Part shown: positions 19,833-32,197 of the stretch, one piece after another
Layout of the letters: each line of letters opens with the position of its first letter
Position numbering within the stretch: position 1 is the first letter of the stretch
Source of the DNA: Myxococcota bacterium
Lineage (GTDB): Bacteria; Myxococcota_A; Polyangia; Nannocystales; Nannocystaceae
DNA: 64,000 nucleotides
Direction of reading: 5' to 3'
NCBI GenBank assembly: GCA_039194325.1
Contig: JBCCWC010000001.1
Coordinates: forward strand, 1-64,000
Position numbers and translations under genes: made by a program
The notes under the pieces: generated by a model
Told to the model about the DNA's origin: nothing
Database searches by the model: none
Seen by the model: only the letters and a program-made list of their open reading frames with translations

Positions 19833-20672
19833 ATGTCCAAGGCGCACGACTACTGGGCGACCACGCGCGGCGATCAATGGCGTGACCACCTCACGGGCAT
19901 GGAAGGGATGCTCGAGCCGGTGGACGAGCCGCTGATCGAAGCGCTACGGCTCGAGGCTCCGTGTCGGATCGCCGACATCGCGTGCGGGGGCGGGGGGACG
20001 ACGCTGAAGATCCTGCGCCGGTCGGTGTCAGGGAGCGTGGTGCATGGCTTCGACATTTCTCCGTCGCTGGTCGAAGCGGCCCGAGGACGCGCAGGGCGTG
20101 ATGGTCTGGCGTTCGAGGTCGCGGACGTGGCCACGTGTCCGCCACCCGAGGTTCTCTACGATCGCCTGGTCTCGCGCTACGGGATCATGTTCTTCGACGA
20201 TCCGGCGGCCGCCTTTGGCAACCTGCGGCGGTGGCTCGTGCCGCGTGGGCGGTTCGCCTTTGCAGTGTGGGGGGCGCCCGCCGATAATCCATGGTCGACG
20301 ATCGTGCACGAGGTGGTGGCTGAGGTCATCGATCTGCCGCCGCGTGATCCCGATGCACCGGGCCCGTTTCGCTACGCCGATGCCGACAAGCTGCACGCCT
20401 TGCTCGAAGGGGCAGGTTTTGTCGAGATCGAGCGGGACGATTGGCGGGGCCACTTGCCGGTCGGCGGCGGGTTGCCGGCCGAGCAGGCGGCCCAGTTCGT
20501 GCTCGAGGCCTTCTCCTCCTTCAAGAAGCTGCTCGCCCTCGCCGGGGACGACGCGCTTCGTGGCGTGCAGCGACTGTTGACGAGCCGATTCCTACGACAT
20601 CAGCACGGCGACGCGGTCTTGCTGGGCGCTCGTGTCCACATCTTCACTGGTGCTCGTTCGAGCGCTGACTAG
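19833..20672 (+). CDS. Class I SAM-dependent methyltransferase
   Basis: ADIACGGG motif I, GFDIS, SRYGIMFFDDP, LVPRGRFAF. Confidence 0.93.
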   Translation: MSKAHDYWATTRGDQWRDHLTGMEGMLEPVDEPLIEALRLEAPCRIADIACGGGGTTLKILRRSVSGSVVHGFDISPSLVEAARGRAGRDGLAFEVADVATCPPPEVLYDRLVSRYGIMFFDDPAAAFGNLRRWLVPRGRFAFAVWGAPADNPWSTIVHEVVAEVIDLPPRDPDAPGPFRYADADKLHALLEGAGFVEIERDDWRGHLPVGGGLPAEQAAQFVLEAFSSFKKLLALAGDDALRGVQRLLTSRFLRHQHGDAVLLGARVHIFTGARSSAD

Positions 20673-21205
20673 TGAGCGCGGAGCATGCGGTCGAGCTCTT
20701 GCCAGATCGAGTCCACCAGGCCGGGTCGGAACGCGGCGGCTCGGAAGTCGGTGTGTTCGCTCTGGTACATCATGAACAATCGCTTGTTGCTCTCGCTGAC
20801 GCTGCGGCGGACGTTGGCGAGGCGATCGGCCGCTTTGACGACCAGGGCGTGGTGGAGCGGGCCATCGTGAGGCACCGCTTCGAGCCGGGTGTAGGTGGCG
20901 GCCTTGCGCTCCTTACGGCTGTCACCCGGTCCGTCGGTCAATAGATCGACGCAGCCGGCCACGACGTCGCCGAAGCGGGTCTTGATCTCGTCCAGCGTAA
21001 TCGGAGTGTCCTCCACCACGTCATGCAGATAAGCGACCACGAGCCGGGTGGTCGGCAGGGGAGGCTGGCCATGCTCGTGGAGGATGTCGTGAACATCGTC
21101 TAGGTGCACGACGTAGGGGTTTTGGCCGTAGAGCTGCTCGCCGTGGGCCTTGACGGCAAATGCTCGCGCTTCGGCTACCGAGAATGGCAAGTCGGTTCGG
21201 GTCAT
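20669..21205 (-). CDS. HD-domain protein, small alarmone hydrolase (Mesh1/SAH)-like
   Basis: A..AH..Q, PYVVH, LHDVVEDT and VKAADRLAN motifs; start MTRTD; stop overlaps the convergent gene at CTAG. Confidence 0.85.
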   Translation of the reverse strand: MTRTDLPFSVAEARAFAVKAHGEQLYGQNPYVVHLDDVHDILHEHGQPPLPTTRLVVAYLHDVVEDTPITLDEIKTRFGDVVAGCVDLLTDGPGDSRKERKAATYTRLEAVPHDGPLHHALVVKAADRLANVRRSVSESNKRLFMMYQSEHTDFRAAAFRPGLVDSIWQELDRMLRAH

Positions 21206-21367
21206 ACGCCGGTTCGATCGTAGCCGGTCCGTCGCAGAACGCCAGCGTTCCAGGCGCGTCGAGGGCCTGGTGCGACACGTTTGCGCAGTCGGAGCCGCAG
21301 CTTGCCAGAGGCTCGTCGGCTCGTGAGCATGCGCGCTACGGTGCTCACCGCGAGGCCAGGTCGACGG

Positions 21368-21419
21368 CCGGATCTTGGGCCCGGATCTTGGGCCCGGATC
21401 TTGGGCCCGGATCATGGGC
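21368..21419. repeat. 13-bp tandem repeat x4
   Basis: CCGGATCTTGGGC x3 followed by CCGGATCATGGGC. Confidence 0.95.
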
Positions 21420-21425
21420 CAACGC

Positions 21426-21977
21426 TTAGGACAGATCTGCCGCGAGAGCGGCCCGGACGTTCTCGTCGAGTGCCTCGTGGGCTCCAAGCTGGGGCAAGTC
21501 GACCCCGATCGCCACCGGGGTCTGGCCCACGGCGAACTTGAGGTATTGCACCGAGCTAAGCCGCGTCTGTCCGACCTGTCGCTCGTCGAAGGTGGCGCGC
21601 ACTCGGGTGCCGTCGGCCAGCTCCATGTAGACGTGCCGCGGCAGCGCGAGCCACTGGGTGAGCTTTTGGGCGCGCTCGGCCTCGTCGTCGATCCCGATGA
21701 GCAGCGTGCAGCCCAGCTGCCCCGGGCCGCCCAGCAGCTCGTTGTACGTGGCCAGCTCGTGGAGGATGTCGGCCTCCTTGACGATCTGCTCGGCCCGCAT
21801 CATCTCCTGTACTTGGTAGCGGATCGTGTCGCGGTTCTCGAATAGGAACGTCAAGACCCCGTCAGCCAAGACCACGCGTCGGGCGGCCTTGGCCTGCAGG
21901 GCCAGGGGGCGGCTTTGCTCGCGGCTCTCGTTGTAGGTCACGTAGTCGAGGATCTCGTGGCGCTCTACCGGCTTCAT
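21426..21977 (-). CDS. DUF3501 family protein
   Basis: FLFENRDTIRYQVQEMMRAE, YNELL and SSVQYLKF; follows the rubrerythrin and Fe-S oxidoreductase genes. Confidence 0.9.
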   Translation of the reverse strand: MKPVERHEILDYVTYNESREQSRPLALQAKAARRVVLADGVLTFLFENRDTIRYQVQEMMRAEQIVKEADILHELATYNELLGGPGQLGCTLLIGIDDEAERAQKLTQWLALPRHVYMELADGTRVRATFDERQVGQTRLSSVQYLKFAVGQTPVAIGVDLPQLGAHEALDENVRAALAADLS

Positions 21978-21984
21978 GGCGGGC

Positions 21985-23391
21985 TCATCCTTCGTCGCGC
22001 GGGGCGGAGTCGCTGGGCTCCTGGGCGGGTGCCGGGGTGGCAGCGGGGGCGGAGGGCGCATCGAAGCGATCGCCCCGGTAGGCGCGGGCCAGCAGCGACA
22101 TGGGGTGCAGGGGCTTGCGGCCCGCGTGCTGTTCGAACTGGATCGCGGCCAGCGGACAGTCGGTGGCCCACCACTGGGCGTCGGCCTTCTTCATGCCGTC
22201 GAACGCCAGCTGGCCGACCCGCTGCGAGGGCTCGAAGCCGTGGGTCATCATCGCGTAGGTGCCGTCGTGGCCACAGCACTCCATGACCAGCTGGGGCTTG
22301 ACGCCGGGGAGCTTGCGCAGCAGGTCGCGCCCCTTGAAGCCTACCCCTTGGGTGCGTAGGTGGCAGGGGGCATGGTAGGCCACCGGGCCCTGCGGAGAGC
22401 TGGCGAAGTCGGTGTTGAAGCGCTCCTCCTTGCGCAGCGACCACAGGAACTCGCTGGGATCCATGGTCGCTTTGGCCAGCGCTTGGGCGCGGGTTCGATC
22501 CTCGCCCTCGAGCAACTCGGGCCACTCGCGGCGTAGCATCATCGAGCAGGTGGGGTTGATGGCCAGCACCTTGGCGCCCTGGTCCACGTAGGGCATCAAC
22601 ACGTCGAGGCTGGTCCGGGCCTTCTTGCGCAGGCCCTTCAGGTCGCCCCGCTCCCAGGCGGGCATTCCGCAGCACGCGAGGCCCTCGGCGCAGCGCAGCT
22701 CCACGCCGTTGCGCTTCATCACTTCGACGGTGTCGCGGCCTATTTGGGGCTCGTTGTGTTGAACGAAGCAGGTCTGAAAGAGTACCGCTTCGCCGCCGGG
22801 GCCCTTGGTGGTCAGGCCTTGCTCTTTGGCCCAGTGCTCGAAGGTCTGGTCGGCGAACTCGGGCAGCTGCTTTTGGCGGTGGATCCCCAGCACCTTTTCC
22901 ATGAACCACCGGTGCAGGCGGACGCGGTTCATGGAGTTGGCCAGGCCGAAGCTGCTGCGGGCGGCGGCGCCGGCGAAATCGGGGTCGCCCAGGGCCTTGT
23001 CTTGGATCGTGGGCAGGCGCTTGCGTCGTTCGATGGCGCTATAGCGGTGGACCAGCTTGGGGAAGTCGAGCTGGAACTCGTGTCCGTCGCGCGGGGTGTA
23101 GGGGCACTGCACCTCGCACAGCTTGCACTGGAAGCACGCGTTCATGACCTCGCGGGTGTCGTCCGCGTCGATCTTGCGCACGTCGCCGTCGTAGCGATCG
23201 TCGAGCAGCGAAAACAGGGTGGGGAAGGAGTCGCAGTACTTGAAGCACATGCGACAGCCGTGGCAGACCTCGAAGACCCGGGTGATCTCCTTGGCCAGGG
23301 CGTCCTCGTCCCAATACTTGGGCTCGGTGGGGTCGTAGCTCAGGCCATCGGTCGGCTTGTAGGAGATGTTCTTGTCGTCGGGGTCACCCAT
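21985..23391 (-). CDS. Rubrerythrin-associated Fe-S oxidoreductase (GlpC-like, CCG domains)
   Basis: [11 protein letters not shown] and [12 protein letters not shown] ferredoxin motifs; CCGMP and CCGHDG. Confidence 0.93.
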   Translation of the reverse strand: MGDPDDKNISYKPTDGLSYDPTEPKYWDEDALAKEITRVFEVCHGCRMCFKYCDSFPTLFSLLDDRYDGDVRKIDADDTREVMNACFQCKLCEVQCPYTPRDGHEFQLDFPKLVHRYSAIERRKRLPTIQDKALGDPDFAGAAARSSFGLANSMNRVRLHRWFMEKVLGIHRQKQLPEFADQTFEHWAKEQGLTTKGPGGEAVLFQTCFVQHNEPQIGRDTVEVMKRNGVELRCAEGLACCGMPAWERGDLKGLRKKARTSLDVLMPYVDQGAKVLAINPTCSMMLRREWPELLEGEDRTRAQALAKATMDPSEFLWSLRKEERFNTDFASSPQGPVAYHAPCHLRTQGVGFKGRDLLRKLPGVKPQLVMECCGHDGTYAMMTHGFEPSQRVGQLAFDGMKKADAQWWATDCPLAAIQFEQHAGRKPLHPMSLLARAYRGDRFDAPSAPAATPAPAQEPSDSAPRDEG

Positions 23392-23502
23392 CGTTACCGC
23401 CTGCCACGTCGGCGTGGCGTGCTGGCCCTCGTGGAATCGGAAGCGGCCACCCGAGGGGGGCCGCCAAACCTCGAGCGCCGAGCCGGGGCTCGGTCGTTCG
23501 CG

Positions 23503-23925
23503 CTAGAAGTGCTCGTCGACCAGCTTCTGGAAGCGGCCGGCGTGGGACTTCTCGGCCTTGGCCAGGGTCTCGAACCAGTCGGCGATCTGCTCGAAGCCTT
23601 CCTCGCGCGCGGTCTTGGCCATGCCCGGGTACATGTCGGTGTACTCGTGGGTCTCGCCTGCGATGCCGGCCTTGAGGGCGGACTCGGTGTCGTTGATGGG
23701 CAGATCCGTGGCCGGGTCGCCCACCTGCTTGAGGTAGTCCAGGTGCCCGTGCGCGTGGCCGGTTTCGCCCTCGGCGGTGTCGCGGAAGTTGCCCGCGACC
23801 TCGGGGTAGCCCTCGACGTCGGCCATCTTGGCGAAGTAGAGGTAGCGACGATTGGCCTGCGACTCACCGGCGAAGGCGGCCTTCAGGTTGTCGTGCGTCT
23901 TGGTCCCTTTCAGATCGTTGCTCAT
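23503..23925 (-). CDS. rbr: Rubrerythrin (short form, no rubredoxin domain)
   Basis: [36 protein letters not shown]. Confidence 0.96.
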   Translation of the reverse strand: MSNDLKGTKTHDNLKAAFAGESQANRRYLYFAKMADVEGYPEVAGNFRDTAEGETGHAHGHLDYLKQVGDPATDLPINDTESALKAGIAGETHEYTDMYPGMAKTAREEGFEQIADWFETLAKAEKSHAGRFQKLVDEHF

Positions 23926-24093
23926 GCGTGTCTCCGATGCTCCGTGGGGGGCGGGCACTTGCGCCGAGCGGGTCCCGCACCGCGGCCGATGGATAGCACG
24001 GACCCCTGGCCCTGGCCACGGGGCGTTCGGGGCGGCTGGTCCAACGCAGCGGGGCGCCCGAACGCCGGTTGCTCCCACCGGGCACGCCCCGCC

Positions 24094-24160
24094 GGGTCAC
24101 TGGGTTCCATGCGTGTAGGGGACCGGGCTCCATGCGTGTAGGGTCACGGGGGTACCATGG
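24094..24160. repeat. 23-24-bp degenerate tandem repeat, about 3 units
   Basis: GGGTCACTGGGTTCCATGCGTGTA / GGGGACCGGGCTCCATGCGTGTA / GGGTCACGGGGGTACCATGG. Confidence 0.8.
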
Positions 24161-24222
24161 GGCGACGGCGGTGCACCGGCCCGGTTGTCGCCGCTCGGGC
24201 CGCATGGAGCGGTGGTCCGAAT

Positions 24223-24270
24223 TCGCCGCCTGGATCGCCGCCTAGATCGCCGCCTGGATCGCCGCCTGGA
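24223..24270. repeat. 12-bp tandem repeat x4
   Basis: TCGCCGCCTGGA x4 (one TAGA variant), just upstream of ATG 24279. Confidence 0.95.
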
Positions 24271-24278
24271 TTCGCAGC

Positions 24279-25358
24279 ATGGATTCGCAGTCTGACACGC
24301 AACGCGAGCATCCTCTCGTCGCCGAGCTCTCCGCCCTCGAAGAGCAGGGCCGGGGCTTGCACACCGCCTTCGTGGTTCTCCGTCGCGTGCGCAAGGGTCA
24401 GACGCGGGCCGGCAAGCCCTACCTCGACGTTCGCCTCGCCGACCGGGGGCGCACAGTGGCCGCCAAGATCTGGAGCGAGGCGGGCCGGGCCATGCAGACC
24501 GCCGAGCAGCTCGCCCTCGGAGCGCACGTCAAGGTGCTCTTCGAGATCGATACCTTCAAGGGGGCGCTCCAGCTCAACGTCCGCGGCCTGCGTCCAGCCC
24601 AGGAGGGCGAGCCGGGCTACGACCCCGAGGCTCTGGCCGACGAGGGCGAGGCGTTGGTGGAGGGGTTGCTCATCGACACCCTGGTGTTCGACATCGAGAC
24701 CGTGCCGGCGGTCGAGCTGCGCAAGGTGCCGCCCACCGTGGCGCAGGCGGTGACCAAGTATGCCGATCGCCAAAAGTGGGACGAAGACAAGGTGATGAGT
24801 CTTTCGCCTTACTTCGGGAAGGTGGTTTCGCTGGCGATAGGCGACGGGGAGGCTTCGCTGGAGGATCAGGAGGTCACCGTGTTCATCGTGCCGCCTGACG
24901 ACGTGGACGCGCCCGAGGATCTGCCCGAGTGGGTGCGGCTGGTGACCGAGCAGGAGCTGCTCAAGGCGTTCTGGGCCCTGGCCGGGCATGCGAGCGTGGT
25001 GGTGACGTATAACGGGCGGAACTTCGATGTGCCGTTCTTGATGGGGCGGAGTTTGATCCACGATATTCCTGTGCGGGTGGATCTGCAGTCGAATCGTTAC
25101 TCGCTGCGGCCGCATCTTGATCTGTATATGGCGATGGGGGGGCGTAACGGGCGAGGGCCCGCGTCGCTGGATGTGGTGTGTTGGGCGCTGGGGATGCCCA
25201 GTCCCAAGGAGGTGATGGACGGGTCGATGGTGGCGACGGCGTTTGCGAAGGGGGATGTCAAGACGATCGCCGAGTATAATGCGGGGGACGTGCGGGCGAC
25301 CTCGGCGGTGTATCAGCGGGTGCGGGATGGGTTGCTGAGGTATCGGGACGATTGGTAG
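24279..25358 (+). CDS. OB-fold + DEDDy 3'-5' exonuclease (PolB-exo-like) fusion
   Basis: N-terminal T.AGKPYL.V.L.D....V.AKIW (YhaM-like OB fold); C-terminal FDIET, TYNGRNFDVPFL, HLDL and YNAGDV. Confidence 0.88.
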   Translation: MDSQSDTQREHPLVAELSALEEQGRGLHTAFVVLRRVRKGQTRAGKPYLDVRLADRGRTVAAKIWSEAGRAMQTAEQLALGAHVKVLFEIDTFKGALQLNVRGLRPAQEGEPGYDPEALADEGEALVEGLLIDTLVFDIETVPAVELRKVPPTVAQAVTKYADRQKWDEDKVMSLSPYFGKVVSLAIGDGEASLEDQEVTVFIVPPDDVDAPEDLPEWVRLVTEQELLKAFWALAGHASVVVTYNGRNFDVPFLMGRSLIHDIPVRVDLQSNRYSLRPHLDLYMAMGGRNGRGPASLDVVCWALGMPSPKEVMDGSMVATAFAKGDVKTIAEYNAGDVRATSAVYQRVRDGLLRYRDDW

Positions 25359-25784
25359 GGGGCGGGTTGCCGACCAGGTGGGATGTGGGAGTTGCGAGAA
25401 GGACCGGAGGAGACATAGACGCGGTGGTTCGGTTCTGTTCTGTTGGTCGGTCGCTGCTCGAGGCATGGGGTTGTGGGCGTGCTCAGCTTGCCGGGGGCCG
25501 GACGCTGGCGTAGGCGATTGGGATCGGTGTGGCGAGATTCAGCGAAGGGCGGGAGTAGATCTCCTCGTGTGCAGAGGTAGGCGAAAATCCCACAGGTGCC
25601 ATGGCTCGAATACGAATAAATAAAATAAAGAGTGGTTGAGGCTGGAATTTGGCACAAAAGTGAAGAGGTATGATGTGTTTGGGACCTCTTTTGTCGTATT
25701 TGTGCCAACGGATCTGATTCCTGTTGTATGTACGATTGAGCCTGTGCATTGGCGAAGCTCGTGAGTGAGGAGAGTGCGAGCGGT

Positions 25785-26636
25785 ATGGGTCAAGGAATAC
25801 TCAGGGAGCTTCTTGTTTTGCTTCTAATCCGGTTGTTGCCCGGTTTGCTATTTTCTTTGCCTGCATCGGCAACTCCTGGAGTGGAAAGCTCTACGGATAG
25901 AGCTTCTGCACCATTTTCCAAGAATGGTCCATTGCGTGTCGATGTTGCGGAGGCGGTTGCTAATGCAAAACTATTTCCAATTTGGATCCTTGAGCGAAAT
26001 CCAGGGCTCGAAGATCTGGTTCCTAGGACCCCTGGTCACGAATACTGGATCTCAATCCGGATCGAGGGAGCTACCTACAAGTACCGTGTTCTGATCAGTG
26101 CCATGCGAGATGGCAAGAAAATTGACTCGGCGTCTGACATATTCTCGTGCGAATGCAATAGCGAAACATTGCTGGAGATCGTAGATGAGGGGATTGCTCG
26201 TGCTGTCGAGCGGTTCGAGTTGTCCCCTGGTCCTTCCAGGGGATCCGTTGACGCAATGTCGATATCTGATTCGCCGTCTGGGCTAGGTCAAGAGCCATCT
26301 GGTGGAAGCGAGAAAGCTCAACCGGAGACACGCCGTCTCCAGTTGAGCGTTCCAGGATATCTAGGTGTTGGGATGGGAGTAGCCGGAGTTGGAGCGGTTG
26401 TTGCAGGGATTCCGTTGATGCGTCGGCCAACTTCCATTGACGGGAAGCCTCAAGGTGTTCATGTCACTTCCTATAGGAATTCTGGTATAGTGTTGGCCGC
26501 TGTCGGTGGTGCAGGCGTGCTCGCTGGGGCTATAATGGTGGCGGTCGATGTTGTTAGTCGTCGAGCGAAGCGAAGCTCGATTGCTCCAATGGTAAATCCT
26601 CAAATCGTTGGGATCTCACTTTGTGGTGAGTTCTGA
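25785..26636 (+). CDS. Secreted/membrane hypothetical protein in a lower-GC patch
   Basis: Long ORF with signal-like N-terminus, CEC motif, two Gly-rich hydrophobic segments and terminal GISLCGEF. Start uncertain. Confidence 0.75.
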   Translation: MGQGILRELLVLLLIRLLPGLLFSLPASATPGVESSTDRASAPFSKNGPLRVDVAEAVANAKLFPIWILERNPGLEDLVPRTPGHEYWISIRIEGATYKYRVLISAMRDGKKIDSASDIFSCECNSETLLEIVDEGIARAVERFELSPGPSRGSVDAMSISDSPSGLGQEPSGGSEKAQPETRRLQLSVPGYLGVGMGVAGVGAVVAGIPLMRRPTSIDGKPQGVHVTSYRNSGIVLAAVGGAGVLAGAIMVAVDVVSRRAKRSSIAPMVNPQIVGISLCGEF

Positions 26637-26649
26637 AGGGAGTCATGGA

Positions 26650-27873
26650 ATGATGAGAAAAATTCGGACGTCTCGGTTTCTAGGAGAGATCTATCTACTT
26701 GGATTGTTCGTTGGTGTGGCGCTGGGGTGTTCGCGTTATGCGCATGACCATTGCGCAAATCTCCGAGGCAACTTGTCTTGTGAAGGTCGGGGGCTTTACT
26801 GTAGCTATTGTTTGGCGGAGAATGATGGCTGTACGAACGAGTTGCCACGTGATAATTGTTATTATCCTGGAGGCGTTGGTGGAGCAAGCGGGACTAGCAG
26901 CTTGATGAACGGAACAAGTGCTGGTGACGCGACATGGTCCACAATGGGAGCAATGATGCTGGATAGTGGCGCGGCACCTAGTGGAACACTGGGAGACGAT
27001 TATGAAGGTGGAGTAACCGCTGATGATACGGAATCGACTAAAGGACATCCTGTGCTTGTTATCTCCGATGGAGAAGTCTTTAACTTTGAGAGGCAGGATA
27101 TCATGACGACGAGTGAGCACACTTTTACCGTGACTAATGAAGGATACGGCGTTGCGACTGGTCTTGATGTTGGTGGGCTCTATGGTGCGTTCGGGATTTA
27201 CGAGTCTACCTGTGGTGATATGTTGGAGTTCGGTGACTCTTGCAAGGTCGGTGTGGGTTTTGGTCCGCAGTTTTTTGGTTTGTACGAGGATGAGTTGGAG
27301 GTGTCTTTCATGGGGGGCGATGCGAGTGGTTCGGTTTCTCGTTCTGTTCGTGGGCTTGGAGTGGGAGGGACTACAAACTTGTTGACCAATGGTGATGCTG
27401 AGCAAGGGGGCTGGGAAAATGTTCCACCGATCGGTTGGTTACTGGAGTCTGGCGCGGTGTGGAGAACATCCGAAATTTGGCCCTATGAGGGGGAGCAGTT
27501 GATTTTTGCAGGCGTAGGTGATGGTGTTGGAATGCTGAATGTTCTTGGTCAGATGGTTGAGGACAATAATTTGACCAGCTGGAATGGGGGGGGGGGCGTT
27601 CAATTTTTCTATCAGGCTTATCAGCGATCTGCTATTTTGGATAACGCTTATACATGGGTCCGATTGTTGTTTCTGAGCGAAGGCGGGGAAGTACTTGGTG
27701 TATCAAGTTTGGCACCGTCTTCCAATTTGGCTTGGCACCAAGGCTTCGGTTATGAGGTAGCGCCGAGTGGTACGGAGCAGGTGCGGTTTGAATTAGTCTG
27801 TAGTAATGAGAATGGAGAATTTTGCGGTGGTCATTTTGACGCGATTGAGCTGTGGGCCGAATGGTCTGGTTGA
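26650..27873 (+). CDS. Cys-rich lipoprotein with Ig-like and jelly-roll/CBM-like domains
   Basis: ALGC lipobox, Cys-rich N-domain, S/T/G linker, HTFTVTNEG..TCG..L..GDSC.V.V.F.P (ASH-like), NLLTNGDAE. Confidence 0.75.
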   Translation: MMRKIRTSRFLGEIYLLGLFVGVALGCSRYAHDHCANLRGNLSCEGRGLYCSYCLAENDGCTNELPRDNCYYPGGVGGASGTSSLMNGTSAGDATWSTMGAMMLDSGAAPSGTLGDDYEGGVTADDTESTKGHPVLVISDGEVFNFERQDIMTTSEHTFTVTNEGYGVATGLDVGGLYGAFGIYESTCGDMLEFGDSCKVGVGFGPQFFGLYEDELEVSFMGGDASGSVSRSVRGLGVGGTTNLLTNGDAEQGGWENVPPIGWLLESGAVWRTSEIWPYEGEQLIFAGVGDGVGMLNVLGQMVEDNNLTSWNGGGGVQFFYQAYQRSAILDNAYTWVRLLFLSEGGEVLGVSSLAPSSNLAWHQGFGYEVAPSGTEQVRFELVCSNENGEFCGGHFDAIELWAEWSG

Positions 27874-28281
27874 TTTCTCGTCGAGGGCCGGTGCGTGCGA
27901 TCGAAGTGTATGCTGAGGTTAGGAGCAGAGAGTGAGTCTGCGGCTTCATCGTCTTGGATGGATGTTTCGTGGTGATGAGCCTTGGCTTCTTCTGCAGTTC
28001 TTTCCGATGCATTAGAAACATAGTGGAATGATATATGTCGTCTAGTAGGGTGAGGGATCCTGGATGAATGGTTTGGATGGTTGGCTGGCCACGCTCTTTG
28101 ATGCCAAGACCGTCATCGGTCACCATGCTGGCGCCGACCGTCTCGCCAGGCGCGTATCTCGCCGCGCAGGTCGTCTTCTCGCTCGCGGGCAGTGCCTGTC
28201 CAGTACGAAACAGGTACGAGCGAAAGTCGCGGCTAGCAGACAACGACGCGTGATAGGAGATATCATCCCGCCCCCGCCCCG

Positions 28282-31305
<3,024 letters not shown>

Positions 31306-31421
31306 AGCGCCCGGCTGCGGCCGTAGTCCGAGCCGTGGGGTTCATGGCGTGCTCGCGGAGCGCCTCTACCATCATGGCCAGGAGCAATCGGTGTCGAGCG
31401 TGGCCGACCGCAGCCCGGCGC

Positions 31422-32054
31422 TCAGGGGGTCTTGTCGGCCACCTGGATCCGGATCTCTTCGATCCACTGGTCGAGATCGGTCATGGTGCTCTCGCGGAGC
31501 GCCGGGTTGCGCGTGAGTCGATCCACCTGAGTCTGGAGCAGCTGCTTGCTGCGGCGGATCCACGTGCGCACCGTGGGTAGCGGAGCGCCGACGATCTGCG
31601 AGATCTCGCGACCCTGCAGCCCTTCGAACATGTAGAGCTCGAGCACCACCTGCATCTCGATGGGGATCCGGCGCAGCGCTTGCAGCAAGATCCGCGCCTC
31701 GCGTCGGTGCCCCAGCACGCTCGATGGGGTGGGATCGAGAGCTTCGAGCGAGGCGGCCGCGAACTCAAGCGGGCCGTCTTGGCGGTGCTTGCGGCGGTAG
31801 TACTCGAGCAAGACGTTGCGGGCGATGCCGAACAGGAACGCGCCGAAGTCCGTGTCGGAGCCCTTGGTCGTGTGGCGTTCGACGCAGCGCAGGAAGGTCT
31901 TTTGGATCAGATCGGCCGCGTCTTCCTCGCGCGCCTTGTTGAAGAAGAAGCGCGAGATCTTGGCGTAGTGGCGCTCGAAGAGCGCCTCGCCGGCCACGGG
32001 ATCACCCCGGCGCCATGCCGACAGCAGATCGAGATCGGAGGAAGCCACCGCCAC
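31422..32054 (-). CDS. ECF sigma factor with short C-terminal extension
   Basis: DAADLIQKTF and FLFGIARN (region 2), EGLQGREIS..TVRTWIRR (region 4), then LRESTMTDLDQW. Confidence 0.92.
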   Translation of the reverse strand: MAVASSDLDLLSAWRRGDPVAGEALFERHYAKISRFFFNKAREEDAADLIQKTFLRCVERHTTKGSDTDFGAFLFGIARNVLLEYYRRKHRQDGPLEFAAASLEALDPTPSSVLGHRREARILLQALRRIPIEMQVVLELYMFEGLQGREISQIVGAPLPTVRTWIRRSKQLLQTQVDRLTRNPALRESTMTDLDQWIEEIRIQVADKTP

Positions 32055-32197
32055 AGACGATATCCACGCGGGTCGGTGCTGGCCGTCGATCTACGGTGAG
32101 GATGCTCTCCGTGAATCGAGCGGATCGCACCCCCGCGGCGTGATGCGTACGTGGCCGAGTGCTACGTACGCGGGAGGTTACGGACGCGGCGGGGGGT

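Noticed and set aside
21368..24270. Tandem arrays as possible CRISPR arrays
   Set aside because: Units are contiguous with no unique spacers, mostly too short, and no cas genes are present.
25650..25665. TGGCAC as a sigma54 promoter
   Set aside because: No GC at the -12 position on either strand.
28170..28243. Minus-strand DFRSYLF text as an ECF sigma remnant
   Set aside because: Only about 7 residues resemble region 2; the flanks do not, so chance is likely.
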